Assembly (NCBI GenBank): GCA_965216755.1
Contig: CBDCGL010000011.1
Location: forward strand, 1,664,001-1,728,000
Origin: Alphaproteobacteria bacterium
GTDB lineage: Bacteria > Pseudomonadota > Alphaproteobacteria > UBA7887
DNA: 64,000 nucleotides
Reading direction: 5' to 3'
Under the pieces are notes generated by a model. That model had not been told where the DNA came from and did not search any database. It worked only from the letters and a program-made list of their open reading frames with translations. The stretch's first letter is position 1, and each line of letters starts with the position of its first letter. The translations under genes and the position numbers were made by a program. This document shows positions 40,950 to 52,173 of this stretch, piece after piece.

Positions 40950-42119
40950 ATGGCCCAGACGCCCCTGCTGTTTACATCGCTTCCCCTGCGCAACGTAACG
41001 TTGCCAAACCGTGTCGTCATTGCGCCCATGGCTCAATACAGCGCTGACAATGGCAGAGTTACAGATTGGCACTTTGCCCACTATGCGCGGCTCGCGACCG
41101 GCGGTGCCGGCGAGGTGTTTGTCGAGGCAACTGCGGTCGAAGCGCGCGGTCGAACCTCGCACGGCGACCTCGGCATTTGGGATGACGCACATGTGCACGG
41201 TCTACAGCGGATTGCAGACTACATCTCCGCCCAAGGCTCTATTCCCGCAATCCAAATCGCCCATGCTGGTCGCAAGGCAAGCGCGCAGCGCCCCTGGCAT
41301 GGCTTTGGCCCTATAGATCAAAGCGATCTCGCCCGTGACGAGGCGCCGTGGCGCGCCATTGGGCCAAGCGCCGCGCCCGTTGCCGACCACTGGCCTGCCC
41401 CCCACGAACTGTCCATCGCCGAGATTACCGACCTTGTCCAACGTTGGGCCGACGGCGCGCGCCGCGCCTTGACTTCGAATTTTCATATCTTGGAGGTTCA
41501 TGGCGCCCATGGCTATTTGATCCACAGCTTTCTTTCGCCAATTTCCAACATGCGCGGTGACCGTTATGGCGGCGATCGCGAAGGCCGCATGCGCCTTGCT
41601 CTTGAAATTACAGAGGCCGTCCGCGCCGTTTGGCCAGACGATCGGCCCTTGTTTTTCCGCGTTTCGGCCGTCGACGGGCTGAACATGGGATGGTCATTGG
41701 ATGATACGGTCGCGCTTGCGAAACAGCTCAAGAGCCTAGGCATTGACGTCATCGACTGCTCGTCCGGCGGCATCGGCGGTAGTGCCACGGCAGCGCGTAT
41801 TCGCCGCAAGCCCGGCTTCCAGGTGCCGTTCGCTGAGCGAGTACGACGCGACATTGAGATCAAGTCACAGGCTGTGGGCCTGATAACCGACCCTTTTCAG
41901 GCCGAGGAGATACTGCAAACCGGCTGCGCCGATCTGATCGCAATCGCGCGGCAGGCCCTTTATGACCCGTTTTGGCCGCGCCACGCAGCGCACGCGCTGG
42001 GCGTCGACCCCAATTACGAGACTTGGCCGCGGCCCTATGGATGGTGGCTCGAACGGCGTGACCGAACGGCTGTCTATTACGGCGATGAGGCCGAAATCGG
42101 CCATGACGCGGCCGAATGA
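40950..42119 (+). CDS. NADH:flavin oxidoreductase (old yellow enzyme family)
   Basis: [18 protein letters not shown] and [16 protein letters not shown] motifs. Confidence 0.93.
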   Translation: MAQTPLLFTSLPLRNVTLPNRVVIAPMAQYSADNGRVTDWHFAHYARLATGGAGEVFVEATAVEARGRTSHGDLGIWDDAHVHGLQRIADYISAQGSIPAIQIAHAGRKASAQRPWHGFGPIDQSDLARDEAPWRAIGPSAAPVADHWPAPHELSIAEITDLVQRWADGARRALTSNFHILEVHGAHGYLIHSFLSPISNMRGDRYGGDREGRMRLALEITEAVRAVWPDDRPLFFRVSAVDGLNMGWSLDDTVALAKQLKSLGIDVIDCSSGGIGGSATAARIRRKPGFQVPFAERVRRDIEIKSQAVGLITDPFQAEEILQTGCADLIAIARQALYDPFWPRHAAHALGVDPNYETWPRPYGWWLERRDRTAVYYGDEAEIGHDAAE

Positions 42120-43246
42120 GCGAACACGTCGAATGTGTCGTTGTGGGCGCGGGTGTTGTGGGGCTGGCGGTCGCCCGCCAGCTGGCGATGGCCGAACGCG
42201 AAGTTGTCGTCGTCGAAGCCGCGGACGCGTTTGGGACTGAAACCAGTTCCCGTAACAGCGAAGTCATTCACGCGGGAATCTACTACCCGACCGACAGCTT
42301 GAAGGCGCGCCTCTGTGTCGAGGGAAAACAACGCCTTTACGCGCTGTGTCACAGCCACGGCGTGCCGCATAAACCGATTGGCAAATTGATCGTCGCCACT
42401 GATCTAAAGCAGCGCGACGCGCTAACTCGATTGCAGGAGGCAGGTCAGCGCAACGGCGTCGACGATCTGGAACTGATTGGCGCAGCTGAAGCACGCGATT
42501 TGGAACCGCAGCTGCGTTGCGAGCTTGCGCTCATCTCGCCATCGACCGGTATCGTCGATAGCCATGCACTCATGTTGGCCCTGCTGGGCGATGCCGAAGC
42601 GCACGGCGCCATGGTCGCGTTTAATTCCACGCTGATCGCGGGCCGCGCCGACGGCGATGGAATCACTCTGACCATCAACGACGATGACGGGCCATTCGAC
42701 ATTACGGCGAAGATGGTGGTCAACGCTGCGGGTCTAGGCGCGCATGACGTGGCTGCCGCCATTGTGGGCGTTCCCACAGACAAAATTCCACCACGTTATA
42801 TCGCCAAAGGGAACTACTTCACGCTCAGCGGTCGCGCCCCGTTTTCACATTTGATCTATCCGATCCCAGAGGACGGGGGACTCGGCGTCCACGTGACCCT
42901 TGATATGGCGGGCGAAGTCCGGTTTGGACCCGATGTCGAGTGGATTGATGAAATTGACTACGAAGTTGATCCCGGCCGAGCCGATCGATTTTATCCGGCG
43001 ATTCGAACCTATTACCCGGCTTTGGCCGACGGTTCGCTACAGGTCGGTTATGCGGGCATTCGCCCGAAAATCACCGGTCCAGGTGAGCCGCCAGGAGATT
43101 TCGTCGTTCAAGCTCAGGACATCCATGGCATACCCGGTCTGATCAACCTTTATGGCATTGAATCGCCGGGGATAACCGCATCTCTGGCAATCGCCGCTCT
43201 AATTGCAGAGAAACTTGGGGTCGTGGACACCGAGCACATCACCTGA
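42116..43246 (+). CDS. FAD-dependent oxidoreductase, L-2-hydroxyglutarate oxidase-like
   Basis: [21 protein letters not shown] and [10 protein letters not shown] motifs. Confidence 0.9.
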   Translation: MSEHVECVVVGAGVVGLAVARQLAMAEREVVVVEAADAFGTETSSRNSEVIHAGIYYPTDSLKARLCVEGKQRLYALCHSHGVPHKPIGKLIVATDLKQRDALTRLQEAGQRNGVDDLELIGAAEARDLEPQLRCELALISPSTGIVDSHALMLALLGDAEAHGAMVAFNSTLIAGRADGDGITLTINDDDGPFDITAKMVVNAAGLGAHDVAAAIVGVPTDKIPPRYIAKGNYFTLSGRAPFSHLIYPIPEDGGLGVHVTLDMAGEVRFGPDVEWIDEIDYEVDPGRADRFYPAIRTYYPALADGSLQVGYAGIRPKITGPGEPPGDFVVQAQDIHGIPGLINLYGIESPGITASLAIAALIAEKLGVVDTEHIT

Positions 43247-43256
43247 CTGCGGCTTG

Positions 43257-44321
43257 TCATTTCTCCAAGAATGCCGCAACAGCGTCGAATACGCGCCCGG
43301 GATTGCGCTCCAAACTTATGAAATGGCTGCCATCTTCGAGCTCCACCAGTTCTTTGTCGACAGCGCCTAGGCGGTCGAACAGTCCGACCGCGTCTTCGTG
43401 CGTGGCGGTCGGATCGTCCAGCCCGCGCAGAACCAGCGTCGGCACTAAAATTTCAGCTGCCTCAAAGATTGGCCGACCGGAGAAAATCTCAAATACATCA
43501 ATCAATACCCCATTGGGCGCTCGAAGCTTTGGTGGCGCTGTGTCATTGCTGGCCGGGTCGGTTCGCAGGAGTTCCGAGAACCACGTGCGAAAAACGCGAT
43601 CCTCACGCCATGCGTCTTTGTCGTCGGGCACAATCTGGGCTTCCCAGCGCGCGCGTGCCGCCGCCTCGGTCACTGTTCGATACGCCCCAATCGCGGGATT
43701 GAAACGGCGCGGATCGGCCGGATCCGCCAAACCGAACTGGGCGATCCGGTCAGGCAAATGCAATGCATAAACCGGCGCATAAAGCACCAATTTCTCCACC
43801 AAGTCATTGTTCCGGGCGCTAAACATGCCCGTCGTGACCGTCCCCCAAGACCAACCGATCAGGTAAACTTTTGCCACCCCTGCCCGTTCGCGAATCAAAG
43901 CGGCCGCGTCGCCGATGTCCCTGATGGCGTCGGTCGCGCGTGAAAACGGCGGATTGTCGGCTGCGGGCAAATCCATCGTCGCCGGCCGCGTGGAACGACC
44001 GTAGCCACGGATGTCCAAGTAGTACGCGGCGTAACCGCGACGGACCAAATCTTCCGTCCAGTTATATTCAGCGATGGGCAGATCGAACGAATCTCCCGGA
44101 TAGGTGGCGCCGTGGACCATCAGGACGGCCTTACCCATTTCGGCGGCTTGATGCCCGGCCGGGAGCGTTTCGCGAACATAGATCCGTGCAGATGCGTCGG
44201 CAGAACTCGGCACATAAAGATGGTTGCGCATGAACGCGTCCGCCCCGGCCGGGCCGGATCGAACAACCGTCCCAGTGGCCAGGACGACCAGCGCCAGCAT
44301 CCCCAATCGAACGACTTGCAT
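43257..44321 (-). CDS. Exported alpha/beta hydrolase
   Basis: Signal peptide from ATG 44321; VHGATY, RGYGRS, GWSWG nucleophile elbow and GSHF. Confidence 0.85.
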   Translation of the reverse strand: MQVVRLGMLALVVLATGTVVRSGPAGADAFMRNHLYVPSSADASARIYVRETLPAGHQAAEMGKAVLMVHGATYPGDSFDLPIAEYNWTEDLVRRGYAAYYLDIRGYGRSTRPATMDLPAADNPPFSRATDAIRDIGDAAALIRERAGVAKVYLIGWSWGTVTTGMFSARNNDLVEKLVLYAPVYALHLPDRIAQFGLADPADPRRFNPAIGAYRTVTEAAARARWEAQIVPDDKDAWREDRVFRTWFSELLRTDPASNDTAPPKLRAPNGVLIDVFEIFSGRPIFEAAEILVPTLVLRGLDDPTATHEDAVGLFDRLGAVDKELVELEDGSHFISLERNPGRVFDAVAAFLEK

Positions 44322-44388
44322 TTCTCGCCTCCGTCGCCATTGAAAATGACGGAATGAGGATATCAGCGACGGGGCCGCCGTCGCCAAT

Positions 44389-46506
44389 TCATTCCGAGGC
44401 GAGTTCGAGACTTTGAACGTAGTCTTTGAGCGCTTCCTCAGCGTCCGCCAAAGCGCGGCGCAATTTGCTGTGCTCGACCTCAAGCCCTTCCAATCGATCC
44501 TCTTGATCGGAAAGCTTTGATAGGTAACGGCGATGCAGATCCTCGCCGCGTGGCACGCGGTTGAGATTGTCACGCAGCCGATCTTGGTCGGCATAGATCT
44601 CGGTGCGCTCCGCTTCAAGGTTATCGAGATTTTCCGCCAACGAATCGATCTCAGCGCGCAGGACCGCGATCTGCTCGAACGCCCGTCGCACAGGTGCTCC
44701 GAGTTCGGTCGCTTGCGCGAAGGCGCGCACCTGGCGGTCATTTAGATCCAACAGGCTCAATCGTTCGGTTAGCGGCCGCGCCAATACGACATCGACCTTG
44801 ATATCTTCACCTGCTCGCAACGCATAGGGTAGCCGGTAGGCCATGTCGGTGATCGTCACGTCGTCGCCGGCGGGAGAAATCAAGTCCCAGCCCGGACGAC
44901 GCCGATGTTCAATCAGCAATTGACGATCTTCCGTAGTCGGGGCCTTGATGCGGTAGCTGGTCGTCGCACGCTCTCGGCGCAGCAGAGACAGCACGCCGCG
45001 ACTGATCTTACCAGACACAATGGTCTGCTGGCTTCGTTCCTCACGGTCAATCCGTACAGCCTCATCGACTGCGAAACTCAACAATCGACTGTCACCAGCG
45101 GGCAATGGCGACAAGCGCGCATCGCCAACATAAGACACGGTCCCGGCCGCGCCACGCTGATATAGCGTCACGGCACCCGCCGGCAATCCAGTCTCTAATT
45201 CATTGACCAAATCGACCGAAACCAAAGGATGGCGGGGTTCGGTCATAGGTTGATAAACGGACACCAGTCCACCGGAAAGCGTGGCTTCAACCACGGGTAC
45301 GATAACCGACTGTCCCGCGGCAACGTTGACCGGGGTTTGGACACGGAATACCACTTGGCCGGCGCCCTGCTCGGGACTGACGCCAACGGCAGCCTGGGCT
45401 ATCGCCGGTGGCGCCGCCATCGCCATAACATCGGATTCAAGGCTCTCAAGCCGTGCGCCTTCGGCCATGACCGCCGATCGTTCCATTGCCACGCCCGGTT
45501 CCGGCATAAGTTCCGCGCGTTTGCGTCGGAATTCATCATCCGCATAAGCAATTCCGCCGCTGTCTGGCACCGGCAAGATTCGACCGGCAACTTCCACCGG
45601 CACGTTTGGTCGGGCGACGTAATAGGTCTCGTAGAGCGCTTGACGAAACGTGACCGGATTTCCTGACGCCACGGTTAGTTCCACGTCATGCCAATCATGA
45701 CCGGTCATGTTTTCCAACACCGCCCAGCCGAAAAGCCGCGCCAAATCGCTACTGCCTCCCTCACGCGCGACGCTAAGGCGGTATGTCGACTTCCACAATG
45801 GAACCGGAGCCACGAAACCAACGACAACCCGTCGACGGCCTTCACCACGACTGTCAATCGCGATTGTCCGCGCGTCTCCCGCGCGCATCGTCGCAATGTC
45901 GGTCAGCGCCCCTTGCACCTGCCGCGCCAAAGTGGGATTTGCAAAGGCGACGTCGGCCACATCCTCCAACACAAAGTGCCGGATACCGGCGTCCGTCATG
46001 ACGCTCACGCGATGGCGTGTCACGGTGCCGAGGTCGTCGGGCAGGCGCACCACGTCCGGTCGCACCCCCAGAATCTGCCCTTCGAGCGATTGGCCACCCG
46101 AGACCCGTATCGTCTCGCCCTTCAGGGCGTCCAACAAGTGAACCATCGATTCCAAGTCATCAATGTCAAAGGGCAAAGAGCGAAAACGATGGTCGAGCGC
46201 GTCGCGCCCCGGCAATCGGGCAATGCCAACACGGCCACGGTCATCAAATACGATAATGCTCTTTAGAACGTCGTCGACCGCTTCCATGTCCACCGGCAGG
46301 CTCAGCGTTGCATCGCCGTTGACTTCGGCGTCATATTCGAAATATCCGACGCCACCCGTCGACAACATGACCCGACGCAGAACCAGCTCCTGACCGGCCG
46401 CGGCTTCGATTTGGCCGACCATCGCAGCCAGCAACGCGACACACGCGACCAGAGACGCTCTTGGGTATCGAACGATGGGCATAAGGGTCACCTCCATCCA
46501 GGCCAC
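44389..46506 (-). CDS. DUF4139-type exported protein with C-terminal coiled coil
   Basis: GGVGYFE, DDVLKS, WKSTYRL and ENMTGHDW motifs; start uncertain. Confidence 0.75.
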   Translation of the reverse strand: MAWMEVTLMPIVRYPRASLVACVALLAAMVGQIEAAAGQELVLRRVMLSTGGVGYFEYDAEVNGDATLSLPVDMEAVDDVLKSIIVFDDRGRVGIARLPGRDALDHRFRSLPFDIDDLESMVHLLDALKGETIRVSGGQSLEGQILGVRPDVVRLPDDLGTVTRHRVSVMTDAGIRHFVLEDVADVAFANPTLARQVQGALTDIATMRAGDARTIAIDSRGEGRRRVVVGFVAPVPLWKSTYRLSVAREGGSSDLARLFGWAVLENMTGHDWHDVELTVASGNPVTFRQALYETYYVARPNVPVEVAGRILPVPDSGGIAYADDEFRRKRAELMPEPGVAMERSAVMAEGARLESLESDVMAMAAPPAIAQAAVGVSPEQGAGQVVFRVQTPVNVAAGQSVIVPVVEATLSGGLVSVYQPMTEPRHPLVSVDLVNELETGLPAGAVTLYQRGAAGTVSYVGDARLSPLPAGDSRLLSFAVDEAVRIDREERSQQTIVSGKISRGVLSLLRRERATTSYRIKAPTTEDRQLLIEHRRRPGWDLISPAGDDVTITDMAYRLPYALRAGEDIKVDVVLARPLTERLSLLDLNDRQVRAFAQATELGAPVRRAFEQIAVLRAEIDSLAENLDNLEAERTEIYADQDRLRDNLNRVPRGEDLHRRYLSKLSDQEDRLEGLEVEHSKLRRALADAEEALKDYVQSLELASE

Positions 46507-46597
46507 AATCAGCCCTGCTTAACCGCTCAATGCGGCAACGAGGCGCCACGATCGTGGCCCCTTTGTGTCACGAGCATAATTTTGAATTCCTAACCGC

Positions 46598-47671
46598 TTA
46601 CCAATTCGCGCCTTCGATCGCACCGATCACCGCATCGGTGACCTGTTCTGTGGTGGCGTTACCACCCAAATCGGGTGTCAAGACACGGCCGTCCGCCGTC
46701 ACCCGCTCAATGGCACCGAGAACACGTTTGGCCGAGTCATGCTCACCCAAATGGTTGAGAAGCATGGACGCCGTCCAAAAGGCGCCAATCGGGTTCGCTG
46801 TGCCCTGGCCAACGATATCGGGCGCCGAGCCGTGAATCGGCTCAAACATCGATGGTGCGGTCCCGGTTGGGTCGAGATTGGCAGTGGCACCGATGCCCAA
46901 GCTGCCGGTCAACGCCGATGCCAGATCTGACAGAATATCTGCATGCAGATTTGACGCGACGATGACATCGAGGCTTCCTGGGTCAAGAACCATGCGTGCC
47001 GTCGCCGCGTCGACCAAGACTTTGTCCGTCTCGACATCGGTGAATTTGGCGGCGAGTTCTTGAAAAATTTCGTCCCACATCACCATGCCATGGCGCTGCG
47101 CGTTGGATTTGGTCACACAGGTCAGCCTTCGTCTTGGCCGCGTACGCGCCAATTCGAACGCGAACCGCTGAATGCGCTCGACCCCTGTGCGCGTGAAAAC
47201 CGATGTTTCTATCGCGACCTCATGGGGCATGTCTCGATGGCTGCGCCCACCAACTCCTGCGTACTCACCCTCGGAATTTTCCCGCACGATGATCATGTCG
47301 ATCGCTCGGCCAAGTTCCGACCGTAGTGGCCCCGTAACGCCAGGCAGCAGGCGCGCCGGCCGCAAATTCGCGAACTGGTCGAAGCCTTGGCATATCGCTA
47401 GTCGCAACCCCCACAGGGTGACATCGTCGGGCAGGCTCGGGTCGCCCACAGCGCCGAAATAGATCGCATCGAACGGTCGCAGCAGCGCCAATCCATCCTC
47501 GGGCATCATGCGCCCATGTTGGCGGTAATGGCCGGTACCCCATGGAAACGATCCATATTCGACAGCAAAGCCGCCGCGAACCGCGACGGAATCCAACACG
47601 CGGCGTCCGGCCGCGACGACTTCGGGTCCAATGCCATCGCCACCGATCAACGCGATACGAAATGTGCGCAC
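46598..47671 (-). CDS. Tartrate/D-malate dehydrogenase-like beta-decarboxylating dehydrogenase
   Basis: GDGIGPEV, RENSEGEY, TKSNAQ, SNLHADILSDL and FEPIHGSAPDI motifs. Confidence 0.88.
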   Translation of the reverse strand: MRTFRIALIGGDGIGPEVVAAGRRVLDSVAVRGGFAVEYGSFPWGTGHYRQHGRMMPEDGLALLRPFDAIYFGAVGDPSLPDDVTLWGLRLAICQGFDQFANLRPARLLPGVTGPLRSELGRAIDMIIVRENSEGEYAGVGGRSHRDMPHEVAIETSVFTRTGVERIQRFAFELARTRPRRRLTCVTKSNAQRHGMVMWDEIFQELAAKFTDVETDKVLVDAATARMVLDPGSLDVIVASNLHADILSDLASALTGSLGIGATANLDPTGTAPSMFEPIHGSAPDIVGQGTANPIGAFWTASMLLNHLGEHDSAKRVLGAIERVTADGRVLTPDLGGNATTEQVTDAVIGAIEGANW

Positions 47672-47767
47672 GCCTCATACCTCTTGTCTGGTAGTTCTTG
47701 AGCGCCCCCAGGCGCGGCCGTATCATCCGCCATCCGTTCAGACAGTGCCAGAGCTAGGCTAGCAACA

Positions 47768-48754
47768 ATGGTCGAAATCGGTGTCACAATGGGCGACCCA
47801 AGCGGGGTCGGGCCAGAAATTATCTGCAAGGCCTTGGCCGATTTGTCAGCCCAAGAACGTTCGCAAATTCTGGTCATCGGCAATATCAGCTTTCTCCAGC
47901 GCGCAAACGAGATCGTCGGCGCAAATTTGGCGTTCACGACCAACTCTGGCGAAGTCGGGCGCACACGTGTGGTCACGGTCGCGACACCGAAAATGGACGA
48001 AATCCGCGATAGTGTCATGACCGCAGGTGGTGGCCACGCAGCGTATGGCTATGTCACCCGCGCCGTCGAACTGGCCCAAGCAGGCGCCATCGCGGTTATC
48101 GTCACCGCTCCACTCAACAAGGCGGCCTTGCACGCCGCCGGCCACGAATATGACGGCCACACAGGGCTGTTACAGCATCTGACCCAAGCGCCATCGTCCT
48201 ATATGCTGCTTGCTTCTGAGGAACTGTCGACCATTCACGTTTCGACCCACGTTTCGCTTGCCGATGCCATCGCGCGATGTCGCAAACAGCGGGTCTTGGA
48301 CACAATCCAAGCCGGGAATGCGCACTTGCGGGCGCTTGGGTTGGCTGCGCCACGAATCGCAGTCGCCGGTCTGAATCCACATAGCGGCGAAGGCGGCATA
48401 TTCGGTCGCCAGGAAATCGATGAGATTGCACCCGCCGTTCAGGCCGCGTGTAATGCGGGGCTCAACGTTTCCGGACCATTTTCGGGTGACACGGTCTTTT
48501 ACCGCGCTGCCAAAGGCGAATTCGATCTTGTCGTCGCGCAATATCACGACCAAGGGCATATTCCGACCAAGCTGATCGCGTTCGACACCACTGTGAATGT
48601 CTCGCTCGGCCTGCCAATTCAACGCGCGTCGGTCGATCACGGTACTGCCTTTGACATTGCCTGGACAGGCAAAGCCGACCATACAAACATGCTGGCGGCC
48701 ATCGCGTATGGCCGCCGCATGGCGGCTGCAAAGCGCGCCAACGCGGCGGCTTAG
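47768..48754 (+). CDS. pdxA: PdxA-family dehydrogenase (PdxA2-type, catabolic by context)
   Basis: GDPSGVGPE, TAPLNK, GLNPHSGE, YHDQG and SVDHGTAFDIA motifs. Confidence 0.9.
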   Translation: MVEIGVTMGDPSGVGPEIICKALADLSAQERSQILVIGNISFLQRANEIVGANLAFTTNSGEVGRTRVVTVATPKMDEIRDSVMTAGGGHAAYGYVTRAVELAQAGAIAVIVTAPLNKAALHAAGHEYDGHTGLLQHLTQAPSSYMLLASEELSTIHVSTHVSLADAIARCRKQRVLDTIQAGNAHLRALGLAAPRIAVAGLNPHSGEGGIFGRQEIDEIAPAVQAACNAGLNVSGPFSGDTVFYRAAKGEFDLVVAQYHDQGHIPTKLIAFDTTVNVSLGLPIQRASVDHGTAFDIAWTGKADHTNMLAAIAYGRRMAAAKRANAAA

Positions 48755-48763
48755 TCTGTCCGC

Positions 48764-49969
48764 GTGCTTGCCGCCGGCCTTATCGCCGATGATCTAACCG
48801 GCGCCCTCGATTCGGGCGCGCCTTTTGCGCATAGATGTCTACGCACCCGCGTATTTGCGCGATTGGGTGAGACTGTCTTCGACATCCCGAAATCGGCCGA
48901 TGTTGTCGCCGTGAACACGGCGTCACGCCATGTCACAGCTGAACTGGCCGCCATCCTGGTGCAACGCGCATGCCGTACAATCATGGCAGCGGCGCCAGCT
49001 TTACTATTCAAGAAGATCGATTCAACGCTCCGCGGCAATGTTGTCGTGGAAACGCTTGCCGTCATGGCCGCCTGCGATCGGCCGTACGCGGTCGTGGCGC
49101 CTGCCGTACCAGCGCAAAATCGCATCGTCCGCAGCGGCTTGGTCTTGGTCGATGGCGTGCCCTTGGAACGGACCTCATTCGCAAGAGACGCGCTATCGGC
49201 GCCGCTTCGCGCACCTCTCGAAAACCAGTTCAAGTCGGCCGCACCAAGTATCGCTGTTACGGTCGGCACGACCCCGCCTAAGTCGGTGGCGAATCGTCAG
49301 GTTTGGATCGCCGACGCGGAAACCGATCAGGATTTGCGTGTGATCGCGGCTTGGGCCGACGATTGCAGGGATCAGGTATTGCTGGTCGGCGCGGCCGGAC
49401 TGGCCCACGCCACGGCTGCGGCAAGTTTCCCCCAAGCGCAGCGCGCGCTAACGCGTATCGCCGCGCCTTTTCGGACGCTGTTCGTGGTCGGTTCGCGCGC
49501 ACCGGTCAGCCGGGCCCAACTCGCGTACCTTACCCACCATGACTCCACCTGCACGATGATGCGCGCCGCGCGCGGCCACTTCTCGGTCGCGCATGGGGCT
49601 CGTGCGCTCAAGCCGGCGGCGGCGAGATTGGCGATTGCCGTACCCGAGAGCCCCACAGGCGATGCAACAACGGTTGCCACCGACCTCGCCCGGAACGTCG
49701 CCGCGCTACTCGCACGCAGCGCTGCAGACGGCGTGCGGCCAGCAGTGGTCGTTGTCACGGGCGGTGATATTGCGGTGGCATTGCTCGATGCCCTGGGCCA
49801 TGCCAGTCTCGACTTGATCGACGAGCTGCGCCCGGGAATTCCGCTCAGTCGCTTGGACCTGGACGGCGCACCGCTGTGGCTGGTGAGCAAGGCTGGTGGA
49901 TTTGGCACTGAGCGCCTATTTGTGGAGCTGCCTGCGATTCTCGCCGGCCTTGGCGGCGACACGCAGTAA
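48764..49969 (+). CDS. Four-carbon acid sugar kinase (DUF1537 family)
   Basis: ADDLTGA, KKIDSTLRGN, TGGD and KAGGFG motifs. Confidence 0.9.
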   Translation: MLAAGLIADDLTGALDSGAPFAHRCLRTRVFARLGETVFDIPKSADVVAVNTASRHVTAELAAILVQRACRTIMAAAPALLFKKIDSTLRGNVVVETLAVMAACDRPYAVVAPAVPAQNRIVRSGLVLVDGVPLERTSFARDALSAPLRAPLENQFKSAAPSIAVTVGTTPPKSVANRQVWIADAETDQDLRVIAAWADDCRDQVLLVGAAGLAHATAAASFPQAQRALTRIAAPFRTLFVVGSRAPVSRAQLAYLTHHDSTCTMMRAARGHFSVAHGARALKPAAARLAIAVPESPTGDATTVATDLARNVAALLARSAADGVRPAVVVVTGGDIAVALLDALGHASLDLIDELRPGIPLSRLDLDGAPLWLVSKAGGFGTERLFVELPAILAGLGGDTQ

Positions 49970-49978
49970 GGAGACACC

Positions 49979-50728
49979 ATGAATACTTTGGACCTTCGCG
50001 ACCGTGACGCGATTATCACAGGCGGGGCGAGCGGCATCGGGCGCGAAACGGCGGTTCGGATGGTCGCCTCGGGTGCACGCGTCGCGCTATGGGATCGGAA
50101 CGCGGATGCGGCCAAGACCGCCGCCGCAGAGATCGGCGGCGACAATGCCCTCGGAATCGCAGTCAACGTCGGCGACGCCGACTCGATCGCCCATGGGCTT
50201 GATGCGACGGTGCGCGCGTTCGGAAAGGTCGACATTTTGGTCAACAGCGCTGGCGTCGCCGGTGACAATTACACGCTATGGGAAACACCCATCGAAGAAT
50301 GGCAACGCGTTATCAACATCAATTTGAACGGCGTGTTTCTGTGCTGTCGCGCCGTCGTGCCGACCATGATCGCCGCGGGATATGGTCGTATCGTCAATAT
50401 CGCTTCGATTGCCGGCAAGGAAGGCAATCCGAAGGCGGCCCACTACAGCGCGTCGAAGGCCGGTGTCATCGGCCTCACGAAATCGTTGGGCAAAGAGCTG
50501 GCAACCAAAGGTGTGATCTGCAATTGCGTCACACCAGCACTAATCAGAACACCGATCATGGCCCAAAATAGTGAAGAGCATAATCGTTTTATGGCGGAGA
50601 AAATTCCCATGCAACGTCTTGGTAATGCGCAAGAAGTCGCCGCGCTCATTACATGGTTGGCATCCGAGGATTGCTCATTTTCGACTGGTGCGGTTTTTGA
50701 CATCTCGGGCGGCCGCGCAACCTATTAG
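49979..50728 (+). CDS. SDR oxidoreductase (sugar-acid dehydrogenase-like)
   Basis: TGGASGIG, YSASK and FSTGAVFDISGGRATY motifs. Confidence 0.9.
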   Translation: MNTLDLRDRDAIITGGASGIGRETAVRMVASGARVALWDRNADAAKTAAAEIGGDNALGIAVNVGDADSIAHGLDATVRAFGKVDILVNSAGVAGDNYTLWETPIEEWQRVININLNGVFLCCRAVVPTMIAAGYGRIVNIASIAGKEGNPKAAHYSASKAGVIGLTKSLGKELATKGVICNCVTPALIRTPIMAQNSEEHNRFMAEKIPMQRLGNAQEVAALITWLASEDCSFSTGAVFDISGGRATY

Positions 50729-50792
50729 CGCAAATTCCGACGGTGAATGCATCACCGACCATTGGTGTGCGAATAGAAGGTATCCACGGCTC

Positions 50793-51509
50793 GTGAAACT
50801 TCGCCGTCCACTCGTATTCGGCACGATCGTGGTGGGCGTATCTGTGCTGGCCGGTTTCGCGGTACGCCACACCTATTACGCAGGTCTGTGGCGTTTTAAC
50901 TACCCAGCCGTCGGCGATTTTCCAGTCCAGGGATTGGATGTCTCGCATCACCAAGGGCCCATAGACTGGCCAGCCGTACCAGCCGGACGTTTCAAGTTCG
51001 TCTACATCAAGGCCACCGAAGGTGGTGATTTCCGCGACTCGCGGTTTCATGAAAACTGGCGCGGCGCACAGGAAGCCGGGTTGCGGGTTGGCGCATACCA
51101 TTTCTTCACCCTGTGCCGGCCGGGCGCTGATCAAGCTCAGAATTTCATCGACGTGGTGCCCGTGGTCGATGGCGCGCTGCCGCCCGTTGCCGACCTTGAG
51201 TTCGGCGGCAATTGTTCCCGACGACCACCACAAAACCTCATCGTCAACGAATTGCGCGACTTTACGGACCGGCTCGCGGCGCACTACGGCACGCATCCGA
51301 TTCTTTATGTAACAGACGAATTCTTTGTCCACTATATCGCCCGCAGTCTGTTTGCTGATTATGCGATGTGGGCCCGCAATCTATTTGGCCAGCCGGACCC
51401 AGATCTGTTTCCAGACTGGTTGATTTGGCAATTTGCAAACAATGGTCGCGTGCCTGGCATCACTGGCCGTGTCGACCTCAACGCGTGGCGTCCCGCGACG
51501 TCCGACTGA
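50793..51509 (+). CDS. GH25 muramidase (lysozyme) with N-terminal anchor
   Basis: GLDVSHHQG, IKATEG, GAYHFF, DLE and GRVDLN motifs; start estimated. Confidence 0.9.
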   Translation: MKLRRPLVFGTIVVGVSVLAGFAVRHTYYAGLWRFNYPAVGDFPVQGLDVSHHQGPIDWPAVPAGRFKFVYIKATEGGDFRDSRFHENWRGAQEAGLRVGAYHFFTLCRPGADQAQNFIDVVPVVDGALPPVADLEFGGNCSRRPPQNLIVNELRDFTDRLAAHYGTHPILYVTDEFFVHYIARSLFADYAMWARNLFGQPDPDLFPDWLIWQFANNGRVPGITGRVDLNAWRPATSD

Positions 51510-51523
51510 CCGATCGTCGACGG

Positions 51524-52117
51524 TCAGTTGGCCGGACTTGTCTGCGTCAGCGTATAGACCAAATCTGCGAGGTCCGCGAAAACCGACACGGGCAATGCGA
51601 CAATGATTTGCGCACCTTCGACCATCGCATATTGTTGCGCGCGGTCGGCGGTCATGGACCCGCCGGCCAGCTTTAGAAATGGCCGGTCGTTGGCGTCGGA
51701 GAACAACATGATCAAGGCACCGGAGTGCGCCACGCCATATGCAGCGCTTTGGTCGGCCAACGCAACGATTTCGGCAACGGTCGACTGCGCAAAGGACTTC
51801 AAACTTCGTTCGATTTCAAAAGCAACCTGAGGATCGCCCGCGTGACTGTGGCCAGTCGCACCGCCGGTCTCCCCATGGGCATGGAAATACCATCCCCCGT
51901 CCGTCGTCCGTTCAAACCGGTGCAGACGATCTTCCAGAATAATTTCCACGCTCTTTACCTGTGCCGCCGGCACGGTCATCAGCGGTATGCGGCTTCGGTC
52001 ACCGTTGCGGGGTTTCGCTGCAACATCGAAGAGCTCTGGTCCGAATGCGCGCATGGCCCCATAGGCCGCCACGGCACTGACCAAAGCCAACAGGCCAAGG
52101 ATGAACCACAGGCGCAT
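51524..52117 (-). CDS. Membrane-anchored DUF4340-like protein with a His-rich loop
   Basis: N-terminal TM; WYFHAHG..GHSH and AAYGV; resembles the upstream gene product. Confidence 0.6.
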   Translation of the reverse strand: MRLWFILGLLALVSAVAAYGAMRAFGPELFDVAAKPRNGDRSRIPLMTVPAAQVKSVEIILEDRLHRFERTTDGGWYFHAHGETGGATGHSHAGDPQVAFEIERSLKSFAQSTVAEIVALADQSAAYGVAHSGALIMLFSDANDRPFLKLAGGSMTADRAQQYAMVEGAQIIVALPVSVFADLADLVYTLTQTSPAN

Positions 52118-52173
52118 CTTCCCGCCCTCAACCCAAAAAGACTCGGCCGCACTGCAACCTGTGACGCTCTGCC

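Noticed and set aside
43257-44741. Extended N-termini in the ORF track (also 7319, 9362, 11335, 30622, 50571, 55263, 57204)
   Set aside because: The extensions overlap neighbouring genes or lack protein-like sequence; downstream starts fit the family boundaries better
50793-51509. Prophage endolysin
   Set aside because: No holin, structural or integrase genes nearby; anchored GH25 enzymes are common chromosomal genes
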